Assembly: GCA_963765205.1 (NCBI GenBank)
Contig: CAVXVB010000009.1
Span: 512,001 to 576,000, forward strand
DNA length: 64,000 nucleotides
Direction of reading: 5' to 3'
DNA from: an uncultured Verrucomicrobiae bacterium
GTDB taxonomy: Bacteria > Verrucomicrobiota > Verrucomicrobiia > Opitutales > JABDGR01
Part shown: in pieces, positions 10,344 to 19,404 of the stretch
Layout of the letters: every line of letters starts with the position of its first letter
How positions within the stretch are numbered: the stretch's first letter is position 1
Translations under genes and position numbers: made by a program
Notes under the pieces: model-generated
Database searches by the model: none
What the model saw: only the letters and a program-made list of their open reading frames with translations
Told to the model about the DNA's origin: nothing

Positions 10344-11287
10344 CGGCGGCGGGCGCGTTGCTGGAAGAAGCGGCGCAGCGGCAAAATATACGATTCGTTG
10401 GTGGAAAGGGGCAGCACGCCCGCGCCGGTTTGCAGCAGGCCGCGGCGGAACATCTCGAGGCGGTGGCGGCTTTCCTTGCCGTAGTTCTCGCGGGCAAGCG
10501 TGTTGTTGGTGTTGATTTCGATGACCTCGCCGGTCTCCGCGTCCTCAATGGTCAGCAGGCCGACGGCGGGCAGCTCCAACTCGCGCGGGTCGGTAAGCGT
10601 GACGCAGATCAGGTCGTGCCGCCGGTTCGTCAGGGCCAGCGCGCGAAACAGGTCGCGGCTGCGCGGCACGGCGGGGTTGGGGAGCCTGCCGTCCGGGCCT
10701 TGCAGAAAATCGCTGACGAGTACGACGATGGCGCGCCGGCGCAGCACGCGGTTCGTGTAATTGAGCGCGTCCACCAGGTTGGTGCCGCGGTTTTGCGGCG
10801 CGAAGCACAAGATGTCGCGCACCACCCGCAGGACGTGCTGGCGGCCTTTTTGCGGGTGGACGAAGTGTTCCATCCGGTCGGTGAAAATGCCCAGGCCGAT
10901 TTTGTCCTGGTTGCGCGTCGCGGAGTAGGCGAGGACGCTGGCGATTTCGGCGGCCAGTTCGCGTTTGCTGACGGCGGCCGACCCGAACGCGCCCGAGGCG
11001 CTGCCGTCCACCAACAGCATCAAAGTCAGCTCGCGCTCCTCGCGGAATTTTTTGACGAAGGGCCGGTCCATTTTGGCGGTGACATTCCAGTCAATGCGGC
11101 GCACGTCGTCGCCGGGCATGTATTCGCGCACCTCCTCGAAGTCCATGCCCTGTCCCTTAAAAACCGAGTGGTACGCTCCCACGAGCGAGTTTGTGACCAG
11201 CCGGCGCGTGCGGATCTCGATGTGGCGCACGCGGCGGAAAAGGGCCGTGGTGGGGGCGGGGGAAGACATTGTTGGGCGGGCTGGCAC
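10340..11287 (-). CDS. DUF58 family protein
   Basis: GMDFEEVREYMPGDDVRRIDWNVTA; start may be 11269. Confidence 0.92.
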   Translation of the reverse strand: MPARPTMSSPAPTTALFRRVRHIEIRTRRLVTNSLVGAYHSVFKGQGMDFEEVREYMPGDDVRRIDWNVTAKMDRPFVKKFREERELTLMLLVDGSASGAFGSAAVSKRELAAEIASVLAYSATRNQDKIGLGIFTDRMEHFVHPQKGRQHVLRVVRDILCFAPQNRGTNLVDALNYTNRVLRRRAIVVLVSDFLQGPDGRLPNPAVPRSRDLFRALALTNRRHDLICVTLTDPRELELPAVGLLTIEDAETGEVIEINTNNTLARENYGKESRHRLEMFRRGLLQTGAGVLPLSTNESYILPLRRFFQQRARRR

Positions 11288-11299
11288 AGGGATGTTTTT

Positions 11300-11327
11300 T
11301 GCTGAATTCTGAATGCTGAATTCTGTG
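11300..11327. repeat. Heptamer array T(G/T)CTGAA x4, left arm
   Basis: tgctgaa ttctgaa tgctgaa ttctgtg. Confidence 0.9.
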
Positions 11328-11330
11328 GGG

Positions 11331-11696
11331 CTAAGGGATGTTTCTACGGGTCGTTTTGGCGGAAGCGGCTAGGATCGCTTGCAGGGCATTGGCTTCGGTG
11401 ATCAGCTCGCGGAGTCGTCGGGCGGGCAAGAGGCCATGTTCGGCAATCAATTCAAACCAGTAGAGCGTCTCTTCCAACTCTTGCTGGACCGATTCAATTT
11501 TGCTGGCGAATTCGGCGGGCGAGCGGGCCCGTAAAGCTTCCCGATACTGTGCTCCGACAGAGGTGCCGGCTCTGATCATTTGCTTTCCCAAAACCTGTGC
11601 GTTCGTCCGCTTCGGCAAAGCCAGATAAACCTTCAGCACCCGCAAGGCAAACTGCTTGGTGCGTTGTTTCAAATTCTCTCCGATTGCGGAAGGCAT
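11331..11696 (-). CDS. Four-helix bundle protein (23S rRNA IVS-protein / bAvd-like family)
   Basis: LKQRTKQFALRV...QMIRAGTSVGAQYREA.RARS..EF.SK....ELEETLYWFELI. Confidence 0.9.
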   Translation of the reverse strand: MPSAIGENLKQRTKQFALRVLKVYLALPKRTNAQVLGKQMIRAGTSVGAQYREALRARSPAEFASKIESVQQELEETLYWFELIAEHGLLPARRLRELITEANALQAILAASAKTTRRNIP

Positions 11697-11722
11697 AGTG
11701 AAATGGGGAGGGTCCGGGACTA

Positions 11723-11750
11723 TTCAGCACTCAGAATTCAGCATTCAGCA
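11723..11750. repeat. Heptamer array TTCAG(C/A)A x4, right arm, inverted to 11300-11327
   Basis: ttcagca ctcagaa ttcagca ttcagca, abutting the moxR stop codon. Confidence 0.9.
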
Positions 11751-12740
11751 TTACGGCACCGGCAGCGTGTCAAAAATCCGCTTGATCACGTCTTCGCTCG
11801 TCAAGTCCTCGGCCTCCGCCTCATAGGTCACAATCACGCGGTGGCGCAGCACGTCCATGCCGATGGTTTTCACGTCCTGCGGGGTGACGTAGCCGCGGCC
11901 TTGCAAAAAGGCCCAGGCCTTGGCGGCCAGGGTCAACGCGATGGTCGCGCGCGGTGAGCCGCCGAAGCGCACAAAGGAGTCGAGGTCAATTTTGTATTTG
12001 CTGGGCTGGCGCGTGGCCAGGACGATGTCCACGATGTAGTCCTTGACCTTGTCATCCACGTAAAGCTGGTCAATCACCGTGCGGGCGGCCAGGATGTCCT
12101 TGGGCTGGATGATGGTGTTCACGTCCATGTTGGGCCGGGTGGTGGCCATGGCGTCCAGGATTTGCCGTTCCTCCATCCGCGAAGGATAACCGATTTTCAG
12201 CTTCAGCATGAAGCGGTCAATTTGTGCCTCAGGCAGGGTGTAGGTGCCTTCCTGGTCAATGGGATTCTCGGTGGCGAGCACGAGGAAGGGATCGGGCAGC
12301 GGGAAGGTGTGCTCGCCGATGGTGACCTGGCGTTCCTGCATGGCCTCGAGCAGCGCGCTCTGCACCTTGGCGGGCGCGCGGTTGATTTCGTCCGCCAGCA
12401 CGAGGTTGGCAAAAATCGGCCCCTTCTTGGTCAGAAATTCACCGTCGCGCGGGTTGTAGATGAGCGTGCCCAAAATGTCGGCGGGGAGCAGGTCCGGCGT
12501 GAATTGGATGCGGGCGAAGTCCGCCTGGATGACGCTGGCAAGCGTGCGCACGGACAGGGTTTTCGCCAAGCCGGGCACGCCTTCGAGCAGGACGTGGCCG
12601 TTGGCCAGCAGGCCAATCAGCAGCCGGTCCACCAGGTATTGCTGGCCAATGATGACTTTGCCAATTTCCGAGCGCAGCAGGCTGACCCAGCCCGAGCTAG
12701 CTTTGACGGATTCGTTGAGGGCGGCGAGGTTGATAGCCAT
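11751..12740 (-). CDS. moxR: MoxR family AAA+ ATPase
   Basis: EGVPGLAKT, RIQFTPDLLPAD, LADEINRAPAKVQSALLEAMQE. Confidence 0.95.
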   Translation of the reverse strand: MAINLAALNESVKASSGWVSLLRSEIGKVIIGQQYLVDRLLIGLLANGHVLLEGVPGLAKTLSVRTLASVIQADFARIQFTPDLLPADILGTLIYNPRDGEFLTKKGPIFANLVLADEINRAPAKVQSALLEAMQERQVTIGEHTFPLPDPFLVLATENPIDQEGTYTLPEAQIDRFMLKLKIGYPSRMEERQILDAMATTRPNMDVNTIIQPKDILAARTVIDQLYVDDKVKDYIVDIVLATRQPSKYKIDLDSFVRFGGSPRATIALTLAAKAWAFLQGRGYVTPQDVKTIGMDVLRHRVIVTYEAEAEDLTSEDVIKRIFDTLPVP

Positions 12741-12872
12741 AGGAATGAGGTTATTGAAAAACCCATCATTATGCCCAAGCCGCCCAGCCACGCCACGCTG
12801 AAAATGTAAAACATTTTTATCGGAAAGGGCGCACCGTTTTTTAACGGCATAATTACGCCCCGCCCACCGCCT

Positions 12873-13898
12873 TCACGGTTTGGGCAGACTGAGCAGGGCC
12901 TGGGTGTCGGCGCTGTCGAGGTTCGCTTTGGTCGCCAGGGCCGCGCCCGTGTCAATCACCGGCTCAACGGGCTTTTTCGCCAGGTAGTCCAGCATGACGC
13001 GAACGCCTTCGTAGCCGATTTTCTTGGGGTTTTGCAACACGAGCGCGTCAATTTCCCCAGCGCGCAGGCCGGCCACATTCGCGTCGCCGCCGTCAAATCC
13101 CACGAATTTGACCTGGCCGGCGAGGTGCGCGCCCTCGAGTGCGAGCAGCATCCCGTTCGTACTCGATTCATTGGGTGTAAATACCCCGTTCACTTGGCCT
13201 TTGTAGGTGTTGAGCAAATCCTGAGATTTTTCCTCGGCGCTTTCGCGCGAAGTACCCGCATAGTTGTCGGAGGAAATGACTTTCACCTTCGGGTGTTTGC
13301 CAATGGCGTCGAGAAACCCGGCCTCACGGTCCGCGCAACTGGCTGAACCGGGGTTGAAGCGCAGGAGGATGACATTGCCCTGGTCGCCGAGCGTACGCGC
13401 CAGCTCGTCACCGGCCATCTGACCGCCCTTGAAACTGTCGGTTCGCACAAAGGAAACGATATCTTTGTAATCAAGCGCGGAGTCACCGATGACGAGCGGG
13501 ATGCCCGCCTGGTGGGCCAGTTCGGCGGGGTTGACCAGCGCCTTGTCGTCAATCGGACACAAAATGATGCCGTCCACTTTCTGCGCGATGTAATTTTGCA
13601 TCATGGTGATTTGCGCGTCGCGGTCGCCATCCTTGGTCGGGGCGTCCCATGTCACTTCGACCGGAGTGCCGGCGGCGTTCGCGTCCTTGACCGCTTGGTC
13701 CAGCCCGGCTTTGACGAAACTCCAGTAAACGTCCTGCATGCCCTTCGCGATATACACGAGATGGATTTTTTTGGCGGCGGGTGCCGCCGAGGTGGCGGAC
13801 GAGGAAGACTGGTTGCCACCGCAGGCGGGCAAGGCCAGAGCGGCCGCACCAGCGCAGAGAAGGCCGGGCAATAAATGGCGCAAAAATCGGTATTGCAT
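12873..13898 (-). CDS. Sugar-binding periplasmic lipoprotein (RbsB-like), no ABC partners nearby
   Basis: Lipobox LPAC; DGIILCP, VGFD, LQNP. Confidence 0.85.
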   Translation of the reverse strand: MQYRFLRHLLPGLLCAGAAALALPACGGNQSSSSATSAAPAAKKIHLVYIAKGMQDVYWSFVKAGLDQAVKDANAAGTPVEVTWDAPTKDGDRDAQITMMQNYIAQKVDGIILCPIDDKALVNPAELAHQAGIPLVIGDSALDYKDIVSFVRTDSFKGGQMAGDELARTLGDQGNVILLRFNPGSASCADREAGFLDAIGKHPKVKVISSDNYAGTSRESAEEKSQDLLNTYKGQVNGVFTPNESSTNGMLLALEGAHLAGQVKFVGFDGGDANVAGLRAGEIDALVLQNPKKIGYEGVRVMLDYLAKKPVEPVIDTGAALATKANLDSADTQALLSLPKP

Positions 13899-14030
13899 GG
13901 GAATGGGGTAATACAACAGGAGAGGTGTTCTTCTGTGTAACGATGTGGGGTGGGCAGTCAAATCAATCCGCCTAGGTAAGCAGGGTAAGGCCCCATGGCG
14001 TTTGCTCGCCATTGGGTATATGCTTTTCGG

Positions 14031-14243
14031 ATGAAGACAAAAAATATTTTTCATAAGACCAATTCATGCTGGCTGTTCGCCACTATATTACTGTTCCTGG
14101 CAGCCCTAGCCCTCAATGGCTGCATCATTGATCCCGGCGGCGACCGCGGCGGTGATCGGGGTGGCGACCACGGCGATGACCATGGCGGCCCGCCACCCGG
14201 TGATCATGGCGACGATCATAGTGGCGACCAGGGTCAACATTAA
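14031..14243 (+). CDS. Small Gly/Asp/His-rich lipoprotein
   Basis: Hydrophobic signal + LNGC lipobox, then GGDR/GDHGDDH repeats. Confidence 0.7.
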   Translation: MKTKNIFHKTNSCWLFATILLFLAALALNGCIIDPGGDRGGDRGGDHGDDHGGPPPGDHGDDHSGDQGQH

Positions 14244-14298
14244 GAGAGATGCCCTTCGGGATTGCCTGCCACCCCCGGTGTGTCACGATGCAGGCGCA

Positions 14299-14892
14299 AT
14301 GTTTACCGGACTGGTCGAGGAAACCGGCTGCGTGCTGGCGCTGGCGGAAAATAAAGCCGCCTGGCGTATGCGTGTGCGCGCCCGCCGGGTGCGGCCCGGC
14401 TTGCGGGTCGGTGACAGCCTCGCGATCAATGGCTGCTGCCTGACCGTCGCGCGGCGCGCGCGCGGCGCGCTGGAATTTGATTTGCTCGAGGAAACCCTCC
14501 GCCGCACCAACTTGGGCGATCTGCGCAAAAACGCGCCGGTCAACCTCGAACGCAGCGTGGCGCGCGAGGGCCGGTTCGGCGGCCACTTCGTCACTGGGCA
14601 CATTGATTGCGCGGGCACGGTAAAGGTATTCCGGCAAGTCGGCAAAAATTATTACTTACGCATTGGTTTCCCGAAAAAATTTGGCCGTTTCATTGTGGAA
14701 AAAAGCAGCATCGCCATTGACGGCGTCTCGCTGACCATCGCCGAAGCCGGCGCAACGACCTTGGCGGTGTGGCTGATTCCCCACACGCTCAAAGTCACCA
14801 ACTTGAGCCGCCTCAAGCCCGGCGCGCGCGTGAACCTGGAATTTGATTTGTTGGCGAAATATGCGGAGAGCTTGAACGCCAAGAGGCGTTAA
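14299..14892 (+). CDS. ribE: Riboflavin synthase (alpha chain)
   Basis: MFTGLVEE, NGCCLTV, VNLER, GGHFVTGHID. Confidence 0.95.
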   Translation: MFTGLVEETGCVLALAENKAAWRMRVRARRVRPGLRVGDSLAINGCCLTVARRARGALEFDLLEETLRRTNLGDLRKNAPVNLERSVAREGRFGGHFVTGHIDCAGTVKVFRQVGKNYYLRIGFPKKFGRFIVEKSSIAIDGVSLTIAEAGATTLAVWLIPHTLKVTNLSRLKPGARVNLEFDLLAKYAESLNAKRR

Positions 14893-15044
14893 TTTGCAAT
14901 TCCCGGTTTGGTTTGCCGCTTGAGACTTCAAAATTTTCCTTAACCTTTTGGGCACCGTGGTTTTGGGCTGCGATGCTCACGGCCTCACAGCAGACGGCGG
15001 AGTTGGCTTTGTCTGAGTAGGCGAGTCTGTGATGACTATGGCAA

Positions 15045-15659
15045 TCAGATTTGTTTTAAGGACACCTTTCCACTTGCCATCAACATTAGGGCTGTAAGTT
15101 GCACGGATGTGATAAGTGCCCGGCAGATTGGCTGGATTTTTTTCGTCACCGCCAAGAGAAGTTCAATATCGGCCTCGAGATACTGAAGATCCATTCCGCC
15201 CCCCAGTGCTCGAACACGAAGGCGAACGGGCTTGGACACGCCATTCTGGTCTTCGAAAGCTTCAAAGGTCACATTGGGGATAACACGGTTAGCAGGTTGC
15301 GGCTGGGTCTGCCGACGATAATCATCAACCGTGGGAAATACAAAAGTGGTTCGGTCTTCGGTTGATAAAGTGCGAATCTCCAAGGAAAGGTGAACAACTG
15401 CGACTTCGGTGCCAACAACAACGGTTTTGGTGCCTAAATGGATAGGGGTGGAGTATGTAACTGGTTTGTCCGTGATTGGAATCCCTCCCCCTGGGCTGAC
15501 AGTGAAATACATCGTACGATCATTAACAGCGGCGCTTGCAGACGGCACAAGAATTAGCAGTAAAATGCAAAAGATCAGATAATCGCCTAGGGTGGAACCG
15601 GCCATGGCCAAAAATAGCCGTGGAAAGTGACGGGGGGACCATGAAATAGGGGTGGGCAT
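15045..15659 (-). CDS. Hypothetical, possibly exported protein (lower GC)
   Basis: 204-codon ORF with hydrophobic stretch ending ASA; no recognised family. Confidence 0.45.
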   Translation of the reverse strand: MPTPISWSPRHFPRLFLAMAGSTLGDYLIFCILLLILVPSASAAVNDRTMYFTVSPGGGIPITDKPVTYSTPIHLGTKTVVVGTEVAVVHLSLEIRTLSTEDRTTFVFPTVDDYRRQTQPQPANRVIPNVTFEAFEDQNGVSKPVRLRVRALGGGMDLQYLEADIELLLAVTKKIQPICRALITSVQLTALMLMASGKVSLKQI

Positions 15660-15752
15660 GATGGAGCAGGGAGGAGCCGCATCTTAAGGGAGCCCGGAAG
15701 AGGGAAGATTTTAAGTCTTGTAGCAAATGTTAGCGCGAGCAAATTTCCTCTT

Positions 15753-16886
15753 TTACGACTTCAAAATCTTCCGTAAGAACTCGGCGTTGTTTTTGGTTTG
15801 GGCGAGGCGTTCGAGGAGGGTTTCGGCGGCGTCCTCGATTTTGGCGCCGACCATGGCGCGGCGCAGGAGGGTCGCGCCTTCGAGGTATTCTTTGCTGAGG
15901 AGGAGTTCCTCCTTGCGGGTGCCGGAGGAGTGGAGGTTGATGGCGGGCCAGATGCGCAGCTCGGCGGCTTTGCGGTCGAGGACCATCTCCATGTTGCCGG
16001 TGCCTTTGAATTCCTGGAAGATGATGTCGTCCATCTTCGAGCCAGTGTCAATGAGGGCGGAGGCGATGATGGTGAGGCTGCCGCCTTCCTCGGTGTTGCG
16101 GGCGGAGGAGAAGATTTGGCGGGGGCGCTCCATGGCGCGCACGTCGAGTCCGCCGGTGCCGGTTTTGCCGGTGTTGCGGAAGGCGTTGTGGGCGCGGGAG
16201 AGGCGGGTAATGGAGTCCATGAGCAGGAGGACGTCCTGGCCGGTTTCGACGAGGCGCTTGCAGCGTTCGATGGCGATGTCGGCGACGCGGACGTGGCTTT
16301 CGAGTTCCTCGTCGTTGGAGGAGGCGTAGATTTCGCAGGTGGGCAGATCGCGCTTGAAGTCGGTGACTTCCTCGGGGCGCTCGTCCACGAGGAGGACCAT
16401 GACGTGCATGTCGGTGTAATTTTCGAGGCAGCCGATGGCGATGTCCTTGAGGAGGGTGGTTTTGCCGGCGCGGGGGGGGGAGACGATGAGGCCGCGCTGG
16501 CCGCGGCCGATGGGGCAGAAGAGGTCAATGACGCGAGTGGTCATGCGGCCGTCCTTGCATTCGAGCTTGAGCTGGACGTCGGGGGTGATGGTGGTGAGCT
16601 GGGAGAAGTCGGGGAGGCGACGGCGGTCGTCAATGCTCATGCCGTCCACGCGTTCGATGAAGCGGACTTTGGGGTTTTGGAAGCGCTCGTCGTGCGCGGC
16701 CTGGGCTTCGATGAGGCTGCCGCGCTTGAGTTTGAAGCGATGGAGGAGCTCGCGCGGGAGGAACGGGTCGGTGGGGCGCGTTTTACCGTTGCGCGCGGGG
16801 TCGAGCAAGTTCGCGCACTTATTATTGTCAGGCTCGAGGATGCCCTTTACCTGGATTTGATTCCGGGCCGTGATGAGTTCGGTCAT
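15753..16886 (-). CDS. rho: Transcription termination factor Rho (short form)
   Basis: IGRGQRGLIVSPPRAGKT, DERPEEVTD, DSITRL, EFKGTGNME. Confidence 0.93.
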   Translation of the reverse strand: MTELITARNQIQVKGILEPDNNKCANLLDPARNGKTRPTDPFLPRELLHRFKLKRGSLIEAQAAHDERFQNPKVRFIERVDGMSIDDRRRLPDFSQLTTITPDVQLKLECKDGRMTTRVIDLFCPIGRGQRGLIVSPPRAGKTTLLKDIAIGCLENYTDMHVMVLLVDERPEEVTDFKRDLPTCEIYASSNDEELESHVRVADIAIERCKRLVETGQDVLLLMDSITRLSRAHNAFRNTGKTGTGGLDVRAMERPRQIFSSARNTEEGGSLTIIASALIDTGSKMDDIIFQEFKGTGNMEMVLDRKAAELRIWPAINLHSSGTRKEELLLSKEYLEGATLLRRAMVGAKIEDAAETLLERLAQTKNNAEFLRKILKS

Positions 16887-17221
16887 GTGGAGGGGGCCGC
16901 GCGGCGCTAGGAGGCCGCGGGCTGGGGAGTAAATACTGGGAGGGCGCGGTGACCGCCGACAATGCGTCGGAAGGACAGGGCCGATCAACCGCAGGTGCGG
17001 CGGAACGATTCCGGGGGCGTCGAGCAGTCAGGCTAAAGCAAGGCCCCGGAATCCAAACGGGCTAAAACGTGAGCAGCACTGATGGTCTAACCCCGGCCAC
17101 GCAGGCCGGTTGCAGCGACTATTATCGCACGTTTCAGAGGGTAGGCTAGGGCAGGGCGGGGGACGGTGCAAGCCCAAAAGAAGGGGCGATATTTATCGCT
17201 TGGGTGGTATTCCCAAGGCAA

Positions 17222-17372
17222 TTCACCGCCAACTCGCCAAGAACGCAAAGAGAGTTCAACCACGGAGGACACGGAGAACACAGAGGCAGTTCCCCTCGAA
17301 ACCCGAACCAACCCCTCCGTGCCCTCTGTGTCCTCTGTGGTTAAATTCTTCGTTGCGCGTCTTGGTGGTGAA
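17222..17372. repeat. Nested palindromic intergenic element
   Basis: Outer TTCACCGCCAA.../...TTGGTGGTGAA arms; inner nonamer arms CACGGAGGA CACGGAGAA CACAGAGG / CCTCCGTG CCCTCTGTG TCCTCTGTG. Confidence 0.8.
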
Positions 17373-17393
17373 ACGGAGCTTTAAAAACAGGCC

Positions 17394-18561
17394 CTAGTAG
17401 GCAACGCCTAGAGTGAGGATGCCGCGCCATTGGCCGGGCTGGGGCTGCGAATAAAACGTGGTGGATTCGTAGAGGATCAGAAACGACCCGCGAAAGTGAT
17501 CGAAGTCGGTAATCAACCCAGTGTAAACCTCGTTGACGATGGGTTTATGCACGACACTGACGCTGCTGGCCCAGGTATTGCCGTCGAGGGTGATGTCGCG
17601 CGCCACGGCGCGGGATTCCGCGCCAAAGCAGACATAAGCGGACAGGGAATCAAGCGACCAGCCCAACTTCGGGCCGCGGGGGAAATTAAGGGGGCGGTAA
17701 GGCTCGGTGTCCACATCACCGAGGCGCAGGCGGGCGGGGCTGAAATCCATGGGGAGGTGGTAGCCCCAGCGCACCACGGCGCCGGCGGCGGCGTAGTCCC
17801 ACCCGTTGCCGACGGTGACGAGGGCGTGGCCAATCACGTCGTAATTATACGAACCGGGGGAGGGGTCGCTTAAATTTGTGAGCCAGGCGGGGCGCCAGTC
17901 CTGGCGGTAGGTTAATTGCACCACCGGTTCGTCTTTGAGTTGGTAACTCCAGCCCTGGGGCAGGCTGTCGCCAATCGCGCCGTGAAAGCCGTCCTGCAAA
18001 TCCTGGGCGCCGGAATCGGGGCCGACCAAACCGAGATTCAGTTCGAAAATGGCGCGGCGCTCGGCGGATTGGCGGATCATGTCAGCGCCGAGGCCGGTTC
18101 CAGCCGGAATAAGGATGGTCGGTGGGGTCGGGCACGCTGTTTTGGAGGTCATTGGGCGTGTAAATGTTGATCTGGGCGTAGAGAGCGGCGGCGACGACCG
18201 AATCAGTGTCGCCGAGGCCGTTAAAGCGGTCGAAAAACGACCCCATCGACTTGGGCATCAGCGGCACGTTCTCCCAGGTGGAATAATTGGGTGTGGTGTA
18301 GGCGAGGCGCACGCCGCCGGTGTAATCGCGGTCGCTGTAGACAAACCAATCGTTCTCATGCGACAATTCCCAGATGCCGCGCGGGAACCCCGGAATGTTG
18401 TCCTGGGTGATTGGAACCGCCGAGGCGCCTGGTAGTAAAGGCGCAAAACTGGCCGCCGGCGTCAGGGTCAAGCCAGCGCTTTGGGCGCGGGCGACTGGGG
18501 TGAAAAGCAGGGTGGAGAGTGACCCGAGCAGCAGGAAGGTTGATGGCGTAAGTCGTTGCAT
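17394..18561 (-). CDS. Lipid A deacylase LpxR/DUF2219 outer-membrane protein, frameshifted near 18099
   Basis: ENDWF..SDRDYTGG, IYTP, DHPYSGW joined to LVGPDSGA...GWSYQLKDEP...ARDITLDGN. Confidence 0.8.
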
Positions 18562-18732
18562 TAGAATAGGTTTTAAGCAGAAGTCGAGCCAAGCCGAAGT
18601 AAGTGTCTAATTACTGCGTCGGGAAGCAAGATTATAAGGGATTATAGGGCGAGGTTTAACGATATAATAATTGTATTCCACCCGGATTTATGAGAGAATG
18701 CGTCTCTGCTCCCGTTGCGCAGACACACTCTT

Positions 18733-18927
18733 ATGGAAATCACGTTCGAGGTTATTCAACAAGTGGAAGGCAGTTATGTCGCCGCTTGCTACAGCGAAAA
18801 TATTTACACGGAAGGTTCCTCGCTGGAGGAATTGCACGAAAACATCGTTTCGGCGATTGACGTGCGTTTCCATGGCCGCACGAAGCCGGCTGGCTCCAGC
18901 GTGCACTTGATGCTCTATCGGGAGTAG
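18733..18927 (+). CDS. Orphan HicB-like small protein
   Basis: MEITFEV....EGSYVA.....IYTEGSSLEELHENI. Confidence 0.7.
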   Translation: MEITFEVIQQVEGSYVAACYSENIYTEGSSLEELHENIVSAIDVRFHGRTKPAGSSVHLMLYRE

Positions 18928-18971
18928 GAATTACTTGTTGGGGCAGCTGTGCAGGCATGTTTTCATTACCA

Positions 18972-19159
18972 TCAAGGCTGGGCCACATCCAAGTCTTTGC
19001 ATATCTTCCGCGCCAAACCTTCGTCCACTTCCTCTTATGGCGGGGCACCGAGGATGCTTTTCGGGCGGTCCGATTGATGTAGACGGTGTGATTCCCTCCC
19101 TCGCGCAGGAATTCACAACCGCACCGCTGAAGGTGCCGCAGCAAGTCGCGTCGTTTCAT
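18972..19159 (-). CDS. hicA: HicA family toxin, frameshifted near 19035
   Basis: MKRRDLLRHL...REGGNHT...VPRH, continuing EVDEGLARKICKDL in another frame. Confidence 0.85.
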
Positions 19160-19380
19160 GCCACGACTTCACCCAAAGGTTGCCGGATCACCTTGCGTGC
19201 GCCCAAGGCCTCCTCGGCCAATTGCCGGTTGGCCTCGAGGACTAGGGCAATGGCTTCGCGGAGATTGGCTTTGGATTCCGCCAGGGTTGCGCTCTGGGTG
19301 TTCGCGCAGGGCAATTCCTCCACATGGCCGATATAGCCCAGCGGCACTTTTTCAAAAACAGCGGTGAGCGGTAATTTCAT
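19156..19380 (-). CDS. hicB: HicB family antitoxin
   Basis: YIGHVEELPCANTQSATLAESKANLREAI; ATGA overlap with hicA. Confidence 0.85.
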   Translation of the reverse strand: MKLPLTAVFEKVPLGYIGHVEELPCANTQSATLAESKANLREAIALVLEANRQLAEEALGARKVIRQPLGEVVA

Positions 19381-19404
19381 GGCCGTGATATTAGTGTTTT
19401 CGCG

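Noticed and set aside
11331..11696. Diversity-generating retroelement suggested by the Avd-like protein
   Set aside because: No reverse transcriptase or TR/VR pair seen in the window
14244..14298. FMN riboswitch upstream of ribE
   Set aside because: Spacer is only about 55 nt and lacks RFN conserved blocks
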